A program made the position numbers and the translations under genes. A stretch of 21,103 nucleotides of DNA from an uncultured Dehalococcoidaceae bacterium (GTDB lineage: Bacteria; Chloroflexota; Dehalococcoidia; Dehalococcoidales; RBG-16-60-22), in assembly GCA_964514525.1 (NCBI GenBank), contig CAZEUJ010000007.1, forward strand, positions 1-21,103, in the 5' to 3' direction. Position 1 is the first letter of the stretch. The number at the start of each line of letters is the position of its first letter. Of the stretch, positions 1 through 9,332 are shown in pieces. The notes below the pieces were generated by a model. That model ran no database searches, had not been told where the DNA came from, and saw only the letters and a program-made list of their open reading frames with translations.

Positions 1-773
1 GGCAAGGTTTCCTCGTAAACCGGCATTTCCTGACGGTAAATAATCCCTATCGGTATCTTATCGCCCCACTCCTGCGCTTTAAGCAGGGCGGCGGCTTTAT
101 CGGCGGGGTTATAGCTTTCCTCCAGCTTATAGACGCGCTGCTTATACCACTGGAAGGTATTGACGCGATTAAAAGAGACGCATGGCTGCAAAATATCGAT
201 CAAAGCGAAGCCGTGGTGCTGGACTCCTGCCTTGATCAGCCCTGCCAGGTGGTCGATTTCCCCGGCGAAACCGCGCGCCAGGAAGCTGATGTCCGAAGCC
301 AGGGCCAGCATGAGCGGATTGAGCGGCTGGATAGCGCCCAGGGGCGTCGTTTTGGTGATGAAACCGAGCTCGCTGGTGGGGGAAGCCTGTCCTTTCGTGA
401 GGCCGTAGACCTGGTTGTTGTGGACGAGGTAGGTCATGTTGATGTTGCGGCGGGCGGTGGCCAGCAGATGCTGAACGCCCTCCCCGTAAGCCCCGCCGTC
501 GCCGTCGATGCCGATAACGACGAGGTCGCGGTTGGCGATTTTCGCGCCGGTGGCGGCGGGAAGGGTGCGACCGTGCAGTCCGTTGAAAACGTTGCCCTGC
601 GTGTAATGGGGCAGCTTGGGGGCCTGGCCGATGCCGGACACGAAGAGGACCTGTTGCGGTTCCAGTCCCAGTTCTACCATAGCTTTTTTCACCGCCCGGA
701 GGATGCCGAAGTTGCCGCAGCCGGGGCACCAGGCGATGGGCACTTTAGATTCATAGTCCTGTAACGCTACCAT
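1..773 (-). CDS. korB: 2-oxoacid:ferredoxin oxidoreductase, beta (TPP-binding) subunit; the C-terminal end runs off the window
   Basis: It is absent from the ORF track because it is open at the window edge. Manual minus-strand translation from the ATG at 773-771 gives MVALQDYESKVPIAWCPGCGNFGILRAVKKAMVELGLEPQQVLFVSGIGQAPKLPHYTQGNVFNGLHGRTLPAATGAKIANRDLVVIGIDGDGGAYGEG... This shows the CPGCG motif and the GDG thiamine-PP motif typical of OFOR beta subunits. The ATG overlaps the TAG stop of the alpha gene (ATGGTAG). No stop codon occurs before position 1. Substrate (2-oxoglutarate or another 2-oxoacid) cannot be determined. Confidence 0.85.
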   Translation of the reverse strand, partial: MVALQDYESKVPIAWCPGCGNFGILRAVKKAMVELGLEPQQVLFVSGIGQAPKLPHYTQGNVFNGLHGRTLPAATGAKIANRDLVVIGIDGDGGAYGEGVQHLLATARRNINMTYLVHNNQVYGLTKGQASPTSELGFITKTTPLGAIQPLNPLMLALASDISFLARGFAGEIDHLAGLIKAGVQHHGFALIDILQPCVSFNRVNTFQWYKQRVYKLEESYNPADKAAALLKAQEWGDKIPIGIIYRQEMPVYEETL

Positions 774-2500
774 TTCCCGACCTCCTCGCGCAGGCGGTCG
801 ACTATCTCCCGGGGGGAAAAGGGGCGGCCGTCATATTTCAAAATAGCGCCATCTACCGCCCGGCCGGTCTCGCGCCTGATCAGGGCGGCCAGCTGTGCCG
901 TGGCGTTCCCCTCAATGACGATGTTTTTCCGGGCTTTTTTCATGGTTGAAGATACCGCCTCCGCCGGGAAAGGCCATAGCTGGGTGAGATGCAGGGTATT
1001 GACGGCCCGGCCGTCTTTCTTAAGAATATCGGCGGCTTCCCGGATAGCGCCATAGGTGCTGCCCCAGCCGATTAACGTGGTCTGCGCGCCATTTACCTGT
1101 TGGAATTCCGGCGGGGTTATCTCACTCTTAAGACCGTTCTGCTTGCGGAGTCGCTTTTCCACCTGGCTTTTCCGGGTAGCGGCGTCCTCGATCATGTGGC
1201 CGGCCTCGTCATGCTCATCGGAGTCGGTGACGACTAAAGCTTTTCCCTGCCCCGGCAGGGCACGCGGAGAAATGCCGGAATCGGTAACTAAGTGTCTCTT
1301 ATAGTCGGTAAGGTTTTTGACTTCTTCTTCGGATAAAAGCGCGCCGCGGTCAACTTTAACCTGAGATAAGTCGAACCTGTCCGCGTTGTAATAAGACGTT
1401 GCCAGATGGTTATCGGTAAGAATAATGACCGGCGTCTGGTATTTTTCCGCCAGGTTAAAGGCTTTAACGGCGGCGTTAAAAGCATCCGCGGCATTTGCCG
1501 GCGCCAGCACGGCCCGGGCGGCCTCGCCGTGGCCGGCGTGCAGGGCGAAAAACAGCTCGGCCTGCTCGGTGCGGGTGGGCAGGCCGGTAGCGGGGCCGGG
1601 ACGCTGCCCCAGGACGACCACCACCGGGGTCTCGGTCATGCCGGCCAGGGCCAGACCCTCGACCATCAACGCGAAGCCGCCGCCGGAGGTTGCCACCATT
1701 GACCTTACCCCGGTGTAGCCCGCCCCCACGGCCATGTTCATGGCGGCGATTTCATCCTCGACGTGCATCATCACCACGCCGTACTGCCGCCCCTTGTCCG
1801 CGATATATTCCAGGATGGCGCTGGACGGCGTCATGGGATAGCCGGCGACGAACTTACAGCCGGCGGCCATCGCGCCAAGGCACAGCGCCTCGTTGCCGGT
1901 CAGCAAGAGTTTATTGTTTTGCGCTGGCGGCGGGCGGGTTTCCGGGAACGGGAGTTTTTTACCCTGCGACCGCACATAGTCGTAGCCGGCGCGGGCGGCG
2001 GTAATATTGTCCTTAACTATTTTTTCACCATGCCGGCCGAACTCTTTTTGCAGGACTGCCGCGAGCAGGTTGAAATCAAATGCCGCCAGCCCTAAAGCCG
2101 CCCCTACCGCCACGGTATTGGCCATAAGCTGGCTCCCGGCTTTTTCCAGGGCCAGTTTCAGCAGCGGCACGTTTAAGAAATTGGCTTTATCGGTAGTAAA
2201 TTTAGACTGCTCGGCATCGTAAATAACGGTGCCGCCGGCCTTAAGCTCTTTCTCGTGGAGGTCTACGGTCTCCTTGTTGAGCGCCATCAGCAAATCCAGG
2301 GTCGGCGAGAGGGCCTGCACGTCAGATGTCTTCGCCCTGACGCGGAAGAAATTGTGCCCGCCTCTTATCCGGCTCTCGTAGTCCTGGTCGGCGAAAACGT
2401 TAAGCCCTCCCCGCGCCAGCGTCTTTGCCACTATCGTGCCGACGGACTGGACACCCTGCCCCGCCTCCCCTCCGACCATAATATTGAAATCGTCGGTCAT
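767..2500 (-). CDS. korA: 2-oxoacid:ferredoxin oxidoreductase, fused gamma-alpha subunit
   Basis: The ORF is 767..2539. The N-terminus FNIMVGGEAGQGVQSVGTIVAKTLARGGLNVFADQDYESRIRGGHNFFRVR is the OFOR gamma-type domain. It is followed by an alpha-type domain (LLTGNEALCLGAMAAGCKFVAGYPMTPSS). I prefer the internal ATG at 2500 (MTDDFNIMVGG) because GGGAGA lies about 7-9 nt upstream. The longest ORF would start at 2539. Confidence 0.9.
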   Translation of the reverse strand: MTDDFNIMVGGEAGQGVQSVGTIVAKTLARGGLNVFADQDYESRIRGGHNFFRVRAKTSDVQALSPTLDLLMALNKETVDLHEKELKAGGTVIYDAEQSKFTTDKANFLNVPLLKLALEKAGSQLMANTVAVGAALGLAAFDFNLLAAVLQKEFGRHGEKIVKDNITAARAGYDYVRSQGKKLPFPETRPPPAQNNKLLLTGNEALCLGAMAAGCKFVAGYPMTPSSAILEYIADKGRQYGVVMMHVEDEIAAMNMAVGAGYTGVRSMVATSGGGFALMVEGLALAGMTETPVVVVLGQRPGPATGLPTRTEQAELFFALHAGHGEAARAVLAPANAADAFNAAVKAFNLAEKYQTPVIILTDNHLATSYYNADRFDLSQVKVDRGALLSEEEVKNLTDYKRHLVTDSGISPRALPGQGKALVVTDSDEHDEAGHMIEDAATRKSQVEKRLRKQNGLKSEITPPEFQQVNGAQTTLIGWGSTYGAIREAADILKKDGRAVNTLHLTQLWPFPAEAVSSTMKKARKNIVIEGNATAQLAALIRRETGRAVDGAILKYDGRPFSPREIVDRLREEVGKW

Positions 2501-2578
2501 TTCCCGTCTCCCTGCTGATGAAGAAAAACTACCAAGCATAGTAAGTATGCTATATTAAGTCGGATAATTCTGTAATTT

Positions 2579-2607
2579 TTGTCACATAGCGTTTTTTATT
2601 TAATAAT
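2579..2607 (+). promoter_or_regulatory. Possible sigma70-type promoter for the moxR operon in the divergent AT-rich spacer
   Basis: TTGTCA (2579-2584), about 16-17 nt, then TAATAAT (2601-2607). It lies about 50 nt upstream of the moxR ATG. Motif match only. Confidence 0.25.
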
Positions 2608-2655
2608 GATAATATCAGGATAGTTAAACTGTTATAGTATTCAAAATAGAAAGCG

Positions 2656-3642
<987 letters not shown>

Positions 3643-3645
3643 ACG

Positions 3646-4896
3646 ATGCGGGGCGACGCCTGGCTGCTCGTAGCGCTACTGCTGCTGATTATCAGCCTGG
3701 CATTACACCAGGTCGCCTTAGCTCTGATTTGCCTCCTGTTTTTGCTGACCGGCGGCGTGTCCCGCTTGTGGAACCGGTTTTGCCTCCACCGTATCGAATA
3801 CCGGCGCCGACTGAGCCATAACCAGGTCTTTTTCGGCGAAGAAATAGTCTTCGAGATAGAGGTCACCAACCGCAAGCCCCTGCCGCTGCCCTGGCTCCAG
3901 ATCGAAGACGAGCTGCCGGAGAAGGTGACCTTCCTCAAGGGCAAGACGGAAACGATGATTGAGGACCGCGTCCTTCTCACCAATATCTTTCCCATCAACA
4001 TGTACCACCGGGTGAAGCGGCGTTTTCCCGTGCGGTGCCAGCAGCGCGGCGCCTTTGTCTTCGGCCCGACTTATATCCGTTCCGGTGACCTGTTCGGCTT
4101 CTTCCGACGGGAAATGAAGTTTGACAAGCTCGACTACCTTCTGGTGTATCCCCGGCTGGTGCCGCTGGAAAAGCTGGGCATCGCATCACGGCAGCTTTTC
4201 GGCGATATTCGCCTGAAAAGGCACCTTTTCCAGGACCCGGTGCTCACGGCCGGGGTGCGGGACTACGTTAGCGGGGACAGCCTGAAACGCATACACTGGA
4301 AGAGCACCGCCCGGCTCGGCAGGCTGCAGACCAAGGTATACGAGCCGACGACCACGGTGGACATCAGCCTTTTCCTGGACGTGCGTACGTTGAGGGCGCC
4401 CCTGTGGGGGAGTATTTATCAACTCCAGGAGCTGGGGATTATCGCCGCCGCGTCGATTTCACAGTATGCCCTGAAAGAAGGCTTTAACGTCGGCCTGCAC
4501 GTCAACCAGATAACGCGTTTTTCGCAGGGGACGTTGAAGGTGCCGCACAGCGGGCATCCCGACCAACTGAGACACATCCTGGAGGCGCTGGCGCAGATAC
4601 ACCAGGTGGAATCGATATCCATGGCAAAACTGATACGGCAGGAAGCCTCGAGCCTGCCCTGGGGCAGTACGTTGATGGTCATCGCGGCGCAGCCCGGGGA
4701 AGACCTGCTGGCGACGTTACTGGATTTGAAGCGGGTGGGGCGCAGCGTGGTACTGGTCAAAGTGGGCGGGGATGCCAAAGAAGGAGCGGAATTGGGCGCC
4801 GGACACTTGCCCGTTTACCATATCAACGACGACGTAGCTTGGGAACTGGTCAAAGAAATCGGATTGATAGGGACATCGGATGATAGACGCGGTTAG
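3646..4896 (+). CDS. DUF58 domain-containing membrane protein (usual MoxR partner)
   Basis: 416 aa. It starts 3 nt after the moxR stop, with GGGGAAGGG upstream. It has two N-terminal hydrophobic helices. The DUF58 signature VRDYVSGDSLKRIHWKSTARLGRLQTKVYE is present. Confidence 0.85.
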   Translation: MRGDAWLLVALLLLIISLALHQVALALICLLFLLTGGVSRLWNRFCLHRIEYRRRLSHNQVFFGEEIVFEIEVTNRKPLPLPWLQIEDELPEKVTFLKGKTETMIEDRVLLTNIFPINMYHRVKRRFPVRCQQRGAFVFGPTYIRSGDLFGFFRREMKFDKLDYLLVYPRLVPLEKLGIASRQLFGDIRLKRHLFQDPVLTAGVRDYVSGDSLKRIHWKSTARLGRLQTKVYEPTTTVDISLFLDVRTLRAPLWGSIYQLQELGIIAAASISQYALKEGFNVGLHVNQITRFSQGTLKVPHSGHPDQLRHILEALAQIHQVESISMAKLIRQEASSLPWGSTLMVIAAQPGEDLLATLLDLKRVGRSVVLVKVGGDAKEGAELGAGHLPVYHINDDVAWELVKEIGLIGTSDDRRG

Positions 4897-6379
4897 AAAT
4901 AAAGGCGGCTTCGACTGGCTGGCGACGGTTCTTTATCCGCTGGCGGTTGTGCTCATGGAAGTCTTCTGGGTCTATCCCTGGCTCGTCTGGCTGGGGAGCT
5001 GGCCGATGTTTGCCGAGGCAAGGCCCATCCTGAGCCTATGGTCGGTAGTTATTACGCTGGCGGTATCGCTCCTGGTGACGCGGCTGACCCTCCGGCGGGA
5101 ATGGTCTTTATGGCGCATCCGTGCTATCATCATCGGCGGCGGGCTGGTCGTTATCTTACTAGTGCTGGGGGCGGACTACAGAGCCGACTACGGTTTCCTC
5201 AGCGGCCAATGGTTCGCGCACACCTGGCAGGCGTTGGGGACTACTTTTGTGAATCCTCAAACACTAGTCCTGGCTATCCCGGTGCTGCTGTATCTCTGGT
5301 GGCGGGGCATTATGCTCGGGCAGACGACATCGTATTTCCGCGATATCTATCGCTCCTTCTTACTCGGCATGGCAGCCCTTATCGTCCTGATTATCTTCTG
5401 GCAAATCAGCGCGTCGTCGGAGCGTTTTACGGGGCCCGGCGCCGAAATAGGCTGGTATGTCATGGCATTTTTCTTCTTTGGCCTGATAGCGATAGCCACC
5501 TGCCATCTCTACCTGATGCGCCGCTCCATGCCCCGGGAAGAAGCCAGGCTGACATCGGTATGGCGGTGGGTGCCGATAATGCTCGGCGTCACCGGCGGGA
5601 TGGTGCTCGTCGGTTTCGGTTTGGCCAGCATCTTCTCGCCGGAACTGTTCGAAAGTATCGGACGCGGCTTTAGCGCCATCGGTAATTTCTTCGGAAAAAT
5701 ATTCGAATATATCCTGATACCGATCTCTTTCGTGTTAGAATGGCTGGTACGTATTTTTATGTATCTAATAAATCTGTTAAGAGGGGAACAGACCCAACCG
5801 CCGGCCGATACCGGTAATGCATCGGGGCCTCAGTGGCCGGAAGTGATACCTAAAGAAGTGCCGCCGTGGGTGACGGATGCCATTAAGTGGTTCGTAATAG
5901 CTTTACTTATCGGGCTGGTTTTATTCATACTGGTGAAGGCGGTCTCCCGCATCCGGGACCGGCGCGCCCGGGATGAGATAGAGGAAATCCACGAATCTCT
6001 CTGGAGCTGGAAGGGCTTGAGGGACGATTTGAAAGAGATGTTCAGATCATTATTCAAGAAAAAAGAAGAACTCCAGGAGGAATATCATTTCGACGAAAAC
6101 GTAAAAGGCGAGATGGACATACGTGAGATTTACCGCCACCTGCTGTGGGAAGGGAAACGTTCCGGAGTCCCCCGCCGCCTCTACGAGACCCCCGCGGAAT
6201 ATTCGGTACGCCTGCGGCAGGCGGTACCGGACGGCGATGAGCCCCTGAAAAGCATAACTAACGAATACGAAATCGTCCGCTATGGTGAAAACATCATGCC
6301 GGAAGAGCAGGTGGGTAAAGCCAACAGCCTCTGGCAAACATTAAAGGGGATACTGCGGAAGTTGAGGGGCGACCAGTAA
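4880..6379 (+). CDS. Polytopic membrane protein with a C-terminal DUF4129-like domain
   Basis: 499 aa. It overlaps the DUF58 gene by 17 nt. Multiple hydrophobic helices occupy the first ~350 aa. The charged C-terminal domain (EIYRHLLWEGKRSGVPRRLYETPAEYSVRL...NEYEIVRYG) matches the DUF4129 pattern. I see no transglutaminase Cys-His-Asp core. Confidence 0.7.
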   Translation: MIDAVRNKGGFDWLATVLYPLAVVLMEVFWVYPWLVWLGSWPMFAEARPILSLWSVVITLAVSLLVTRLTLRREWSLWRIRAIIIGGGLVVILLVLGADYRADYGFLSGQWFAHTWQALGTTFVNPQTLVLAIPVLLYLWWRGIMLGQTTSYFRDIYRSFLLGMAALIVLIIFWQISASSERFTGPGAEIGWYVMAFFFFGLIAIATCHLYLMRRSMPREEARLTSVWRWVPIMLGVTGGMVLVGFGLASIFSPELFESIGRGFSAIGNFFGKIFEYILIPISFVLEWLVRIFMYLINLLRGEQTQPPADTGNASGPQWPEVIPKEVPPWVTDAIKWFVIALLIGLVLFILVKAVSRIRDRRARDEIEEIHESLWSWKGLRDDLKEMFRSLFKKKEELQEEYHFDENVKGEMDIREIYRHLLWEGKRSGVPRRLYETPAEYSVRLRQAVPDGDEPLKSITNEYEIVRYGENIMPEEQVGKANSLWQTLKGILRKLRGDQ

Positions 6380-6438
6380 GATATTGTTTTCCTGTTACCA
6401 TTTGAATAGCGGAGCTTCTGTATAATCACCCCCTTTAT

Positions 6439-6491
6439 CCCCCTCAAACAGATTTATTAATATAAATGGACTTTTATTTTGTTTGAGGGGG
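6439..6491. repeat. Perfect 12-bp inverted repeat with a 29-nt AT-rich loop
   Basis: CCCCCTCAAACA (6439-6450) is the exact reverse complement of TGTTTGAGGGGG (6480-6491). It sits in the convergent intergenic region. No U-tract follows it on either strand. Confidence 0.8.
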
Positions 6492-6521
6492 AAGAATAAA
6501 AAGAGGGGCTTCGCCCCTCTT
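6492..6521 (-). terminator. Rho-independent terminator downstream of epmA
   Basis: AAGAGGGGC (6501-6509) pairs with GCCCCTCTT (6513-6521), giving a 9-bp GC-rich stem. On the minus strand the stem is followed by TTTTTATTCTT. Confidence 0.7.
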
Positions 6522-6553
6522 AAACGCCCCGTTATCTTCAGGGAGTGGCCGCC

Positions 6554-6575
6554 GAGAGGGGCGCTAGCCCCTCTT
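6554..6575. repeat. Second copy of the GAGGGGC-loop-GCCCCTCTTAAA hairpin module
   Basis: AGAGGGGC (6555-6562) pairs with GCCCCTCT (6567-6574) around the loop GCTA. It is related in sequence to the hairpins at 6501-6521 and 15623-15638. It has no adjacent U-tract, so terminator function is uncertain. Confidence 0.6.
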
Positions 6576-6672
6576 AAAAATACTTACCCTTTCCAGCCAT
6601 CAATATCTGTGGTTTCTACCATTGATTCTGGCTGGAGAGGGCAGGGTGAGGTTAATACCTGTTAACAACTTT

Positions 6673-7602
6673 TCAAGCGTCATCCGCAGTGAAAGCCATA
6701 ACGTCGTCGATGGAGGCGGCGTTACAAAGCAGCATGACAAGCCGGTCGATGCCCAGAGCCACCCCGCCGCATTCGGGGAGGTGGGGCAGGGCTTTAAGGA
6801 ATTTATCCGGCATGGGCATTGCCTGGCCGCGCTCTTTTTTAATTTTTTCTACGGCTTCCCGGAAGCGTTTCTCCTGCTCTAGGGCATCTGTAAGCTCGCT
6901 GTAAGCGTTGGCAAGCTCCAGCCCGCCGATGAATACCTCAGTACGTTCGGCGACGAGGGTATTATCCGGCTTGAGGCGTGCCAGCGAGGCCATCGGCGTG
7001 GGATAGTCCACTAAAACAGTAGGCCGGGTCGGGGAAAAGGCGGGGAGCACTTTCGTGACGAAATCCACATCGAATCTCAAGGAATCAGGTTCCGCGACAG
7101 GGTCCCATCCGGCGGCTTTAAGAAAGGCGTCCCTGACCGTCACCCTGGGCCAGGGCCGCTTTAAATCTATAATCTGACCCTGGTACTCTATTTTGTTTTT
7201 ATATCCGAGGCTGCTAGCGACTGTTGTCACCATTTTTTCGATATCTGAAATGATTTGGTAATAGTCGGCCCCGGCGCGGTACCATTCCAGCATAATGAAT
7301 TCAGGATTGTGCCAGCGACCGCGCTCGCCCTTGCGGAAGCAGTGACTGAACTGGAAAATATTTTCATAGCCGGCGGCGAGCAGGCGCTTCATGTGGAGCT
7401 CAGGCGAGGCGGCGAGGAACCAGTCCTCGCTCATAAAGGGGGTAATGAATTCTTCCGGGGCGATGGCCGGGGCGCGGATGGGGGTCTCTACCTCCAGAAA
7501 ATCCTGCTCTTTGAAGAAGGCGCGGACGTGCTCGTAAATCAAGGCCCGCCGGCGCAGATTGGACTTCAGGCGGGCGAGTCGCTGAGGTTCGTCCTCAACC
7601 AT
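6673..7602 (-). CDS. epmA: EF-P--(R)-beta-lysine ligase (GenX/PoxA, truncated class II lysyl-tRNA synthetase paralog)
   Basis: 309 aa. It has no anticodon-binding domain. Class II aaRS motifs are present: FLEVETP, CFRKGERGRWHNPEFIMLEWY and GVALGIDRLVMLL. It starts 3 nt after the efp stop. Confidence 0.85.
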   Translation of the reverse strand: MVEDEPQRLARLKSNLRRRALIYEHVRAFFKEQDFLEVETPIRAPAIAPEEFITPFMSEDWFLAASPELHMKRLLAAGYENIFQFSHCFRKGERGRWHNPEFIMLEWYRAGADYYQIISDIEKMVTTVASSLGYKNKIEYQGQIIDLKRPWPRVTVRDAFLKAAGWDPVAEPDSLRFDVDFVTKVLPAFSPTRPTVLVDYPTPMASLARLKPDNTLVAERTEVFIGGLELANAYSELTDALEQEKRFREAVEKIKKERGQAMPMPDKFLKALPHLPECGGVALGIDRLVMLLCNAASIDDVMAFTADDA

Positions 7603-7605
7603 GCG

Positions 7606-8172
7606 TCACTTTCCGGTGGAGACCCGCTCGACGTAGTTGCCGGTGCGGGTGTCAATTTTAATAACGTCACCCACTTTAATGAAAGACGGGGTGTCAATGC
7701 GGTAGCCGGTTTCTACGACGGAGGACTTCATCTGGGGGGTGATGGTGGCGGTCTTGGTGGATACCTCGGTCTCGATTACCTTGAGGTCGATGGTTATGGG
7801 CAGGTTGACATCGATAGGCTCGTCGCCGTGCATCAGCATGACGACCTCCATGCCTTCTTTCAGGAAGTTCTTTTTAATGCCAAGCAGGTCTCCGGGGACA
7901 GGGTGCTGGTCGTAGGTCTTGACGTCCATGAAAATATAATTATCGCCTTCACGGTAAAGGTACTGCTCGTTCTGGGTATCAAGCCTGGCTTCATCGACCC
8001 TCTCGCCGGAGCGGTAGGTGCGGTCGATAACGCCGCCGTCGCGCATATTTTTGAGTCTGAGGCGATAGATGGAGCGCCCCTTACCGGGCTTGGTGAAATC
8101 AACATCATCAATGTTATAGAGAACGCCGTCGATGATCAGCTTGGTGTTCTTGCGTACATCCTCGATTTCCAT
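7606..8172 (-). CDS. efp: Elongation factor P family protein (lysine-type loop)
   Basis: 188 aa. The modification loop reads FTKPGKGRSIYRLRLKNM, with the Lys equivalent to E. coli K34. The C-terminus VGDVIKIDTRTGNYVERV is typical of EF-P. AAGGAGAG precedes the ATG. Confidence 0.9.
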   Translation of the reverse strand: MEIEDVRKNTKLIIDGVLYNIDDVDFTKPGKGRSIYRLRLKNMRDGGVIDRTYRSGERVDEARLDTQNEQYLYREGDNYIFMDVKTYDQHPVPGDLLGIKKNFLKEGMEVVMLMHGDEPIDVNLPITIDLKVIETEVSTKTATITPQMKSSVVETGYRIDTPSFIKVGDVIKIDTRTGNYVERVSTGK

Positions 8173-8229
8173 CTACTCTCCTTATGTATCAGGTAAAGCC
8201 CGGCCGTTTATTATATGCGCGTTTAATTT

Positions 8230-8258
8230 ATTATAACATTTTAGGAAATATTATATAA
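8230..8258 (-). promoter_or_regulatory. Possible efp promoter in the AT-rich spacer
   Basis: A minus-strand TATAAT lies at 8235-8230. The -35 is weak (TTATAT, 17-nt spacer). The whole 8200-8290 stretch is very AT-rich. Motif match only. Confidence 0.25.
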
Positions 8259-8337
8259 TATTTGACGTTTAATATTTAATACCGTATGTGGATGTGTCGG
8301 TGCATTTCAGTATCGCAACAAGATGAGCTTTAATATA

Positions 8338-8377
8338 AAGAAAAAGGGAGTAAGCCATAGATTATTTGCTTCCTCCC
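8338..8377 (-). terminator. Rho-independent terminator downstream of the bicupin genes
   Basis: On the minus strand, GGGAGGAAGC, a 12-nt loop and GCTTACTCCC pair at 9 of 10 positions. The stem is followed by TTTTTCT. Confidence 0.6.
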
Positions 8378-8407
8378 CGGCATCTTAATCGGTCTTCCCC
8401 ATAAAAA

Positions 8408-9310
8408 TCACTTACTGGTAAACTTTTGTGGTCCGCCCAGCCACGTAGTATCGTGCTCGTGGGCGAGGCAGATCGCGGTGAAGCTGTACGGTTTTTCCAC
8501 GTTTCTCGTGATTAGCGGGCAGTGGACGAGTCCTTTGGGGGCGATAACGACGGTGGGGATATTAAAGACGTGCACCTCCCGCTCCTCGCCCATCTGGATT
8601 TCTATCTCCGCCCCGAGATAATCGGGGTTTTCCGGGTCCAGCCCCACGAAGACCAGGGCTTCGTCGTTGGGATGGACATGCGGATCGCTTTCATGCCAGG
8701 GGCCGGTGCCGGTGTGGAAAGCCCAGGTGAAATTTAGTAAAAAGCCGGGGTGGTTCTTGCCGCTCCAGAACCCTATAAAATCGGCGTTGCCGCCTTTTTT
8801 GCGGTGCATGTCGCGCAGTTCCATCCTGGTAATCATCTCGCCGCATTTATTGGCCAGGATAAACGCCTTTTTTCTCTCGGTCAGCTCGGTGGTCTTGTCT
8901 TCGCCGTTGACGGAAATCGCCAGGAAACCATAAGGCTTATCGACCTTTTTCGCGGTCATCGGCAGGTGCGGCACGCCGGCCGGGATGGCGACTACCGACG
9001 GGGCGGCGATAATATGTTCTTCGGCCTCTTCGCCGAGCTCCATTACCAACTCAGCACCCAGGGTATTGGGGTTATCGTAATCGAGTCCCGTGAAGACGAA
9101 GACCTCGCCGTAAGGATGGACATGCCCGTATTTCCCGCCTACATCCCAGGGACCGACCCGGTTATGATAGCTCCACACAAAACTGACATTAAGACCTTCC
9201 AGGTCGGAGCCCTTGGGCCAGGTAATGTATTCCGGTTTGCCTTTCGCCCCGCCCGGCAGCTTGTTATAGACCAGCTTTTTAATAAAATGTCCATATTTCG
9301 TTTTCGCCAT
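8408..9310 (-). CDS. Bicupin-like protein of unknown function (paralog A)
   Basis: 300 aa with two internally repeated ~135-aa modules. Each module carries cupin metal motifs: H63-V-H65-PYG-E69...IPAGVPH115 and H211-V-H213-PND-E217...APKGLVH263. Both modules share the LGAE(L/I)...GEE...H motif. GGAGGG serves as the RBS. Confidence 0.55.
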   Translation of the reverse strand: MAKTKYGHFIKKLVYNKLPGGAKGKPEYITWPKGSDLEGLNVSFVWSYHNRVGPWDVGGKYGHVHPYGEVFVFTGLDYDNPNTLGAELVMELGEEAEEHIIAAPSVVAIPAGVPHLPMTAKKVDKPYGFLAISVNGEDKTTELTERKKAFILANKCGEMITRMELRDMHRKKGGNADFIGFWSGKNHPGFLLNFTWAFHTGTGPWHESDPHVHPNDEALVFVGLDPENPDYLGAEIEIQMGEEREVHVFNIPTVVIAPKGLVHCPLITRNVEKPYSFTAICLAHEHDTTWLGGPQKFTSK

Positions 9311-9332
9311 CGTACCCTCCTCGTTAATAAAG

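Noticed and set aside
169-764. ORFs 169..729 (-) and 213..764 (+), 186 and 183 aa
   Set aside because: Both lie entirely inside the korB-like coding region, in other frames. Their translations are Arg/Pro/Gly-rich low-complexity sequence typical of shadow ORFs in GC-rich DNA. The frame starting at 773 gives clear OFOR beta motifs.
5038-5673. 211-aa alternative-frame ORF within the DUF4129 membrane-protein gene
   Set aside because: It is on the same strand but out of frame with a gene whose hydrophobic-helix pattern is coherent. Its translation is Arg/Gly/Pro-rich noise.
6501-6575. Possible mini CRISPR array (repeated GC-rich palindromes)
   Set aside because: Only two adjacent imperfect copies of ~21 bp are present, separated by a 32-nt spacer. 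No further repeats, leader or cas genes are visible. The repeats behave as terminator or REP-like hairpins.
6483-6665. 60-aa ORF across the intergenic hairpins
   Set aside because: It is made largely of the two palindromic hairpin copies, which explains the repeated APLK peptide. It has no RBS. RNA or DNA structure explains it better than coding.
7255-8196. 313-aa plus-strand ORF
   Set aside because: It is antisense to, and spans, both epmA and efp. It is Gly/Ala/Val-rich with no recognisable motif. The minus-strand genes have strong family signatures.
8263-8290. Plus-strand TTGACG, 17 nt, TATGTG promoter-like match
   Set aside because: It would only drive transcription antisense to the bicupin genes. 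The -10 is poor, and the region is so AT-rich that such matches are expected.
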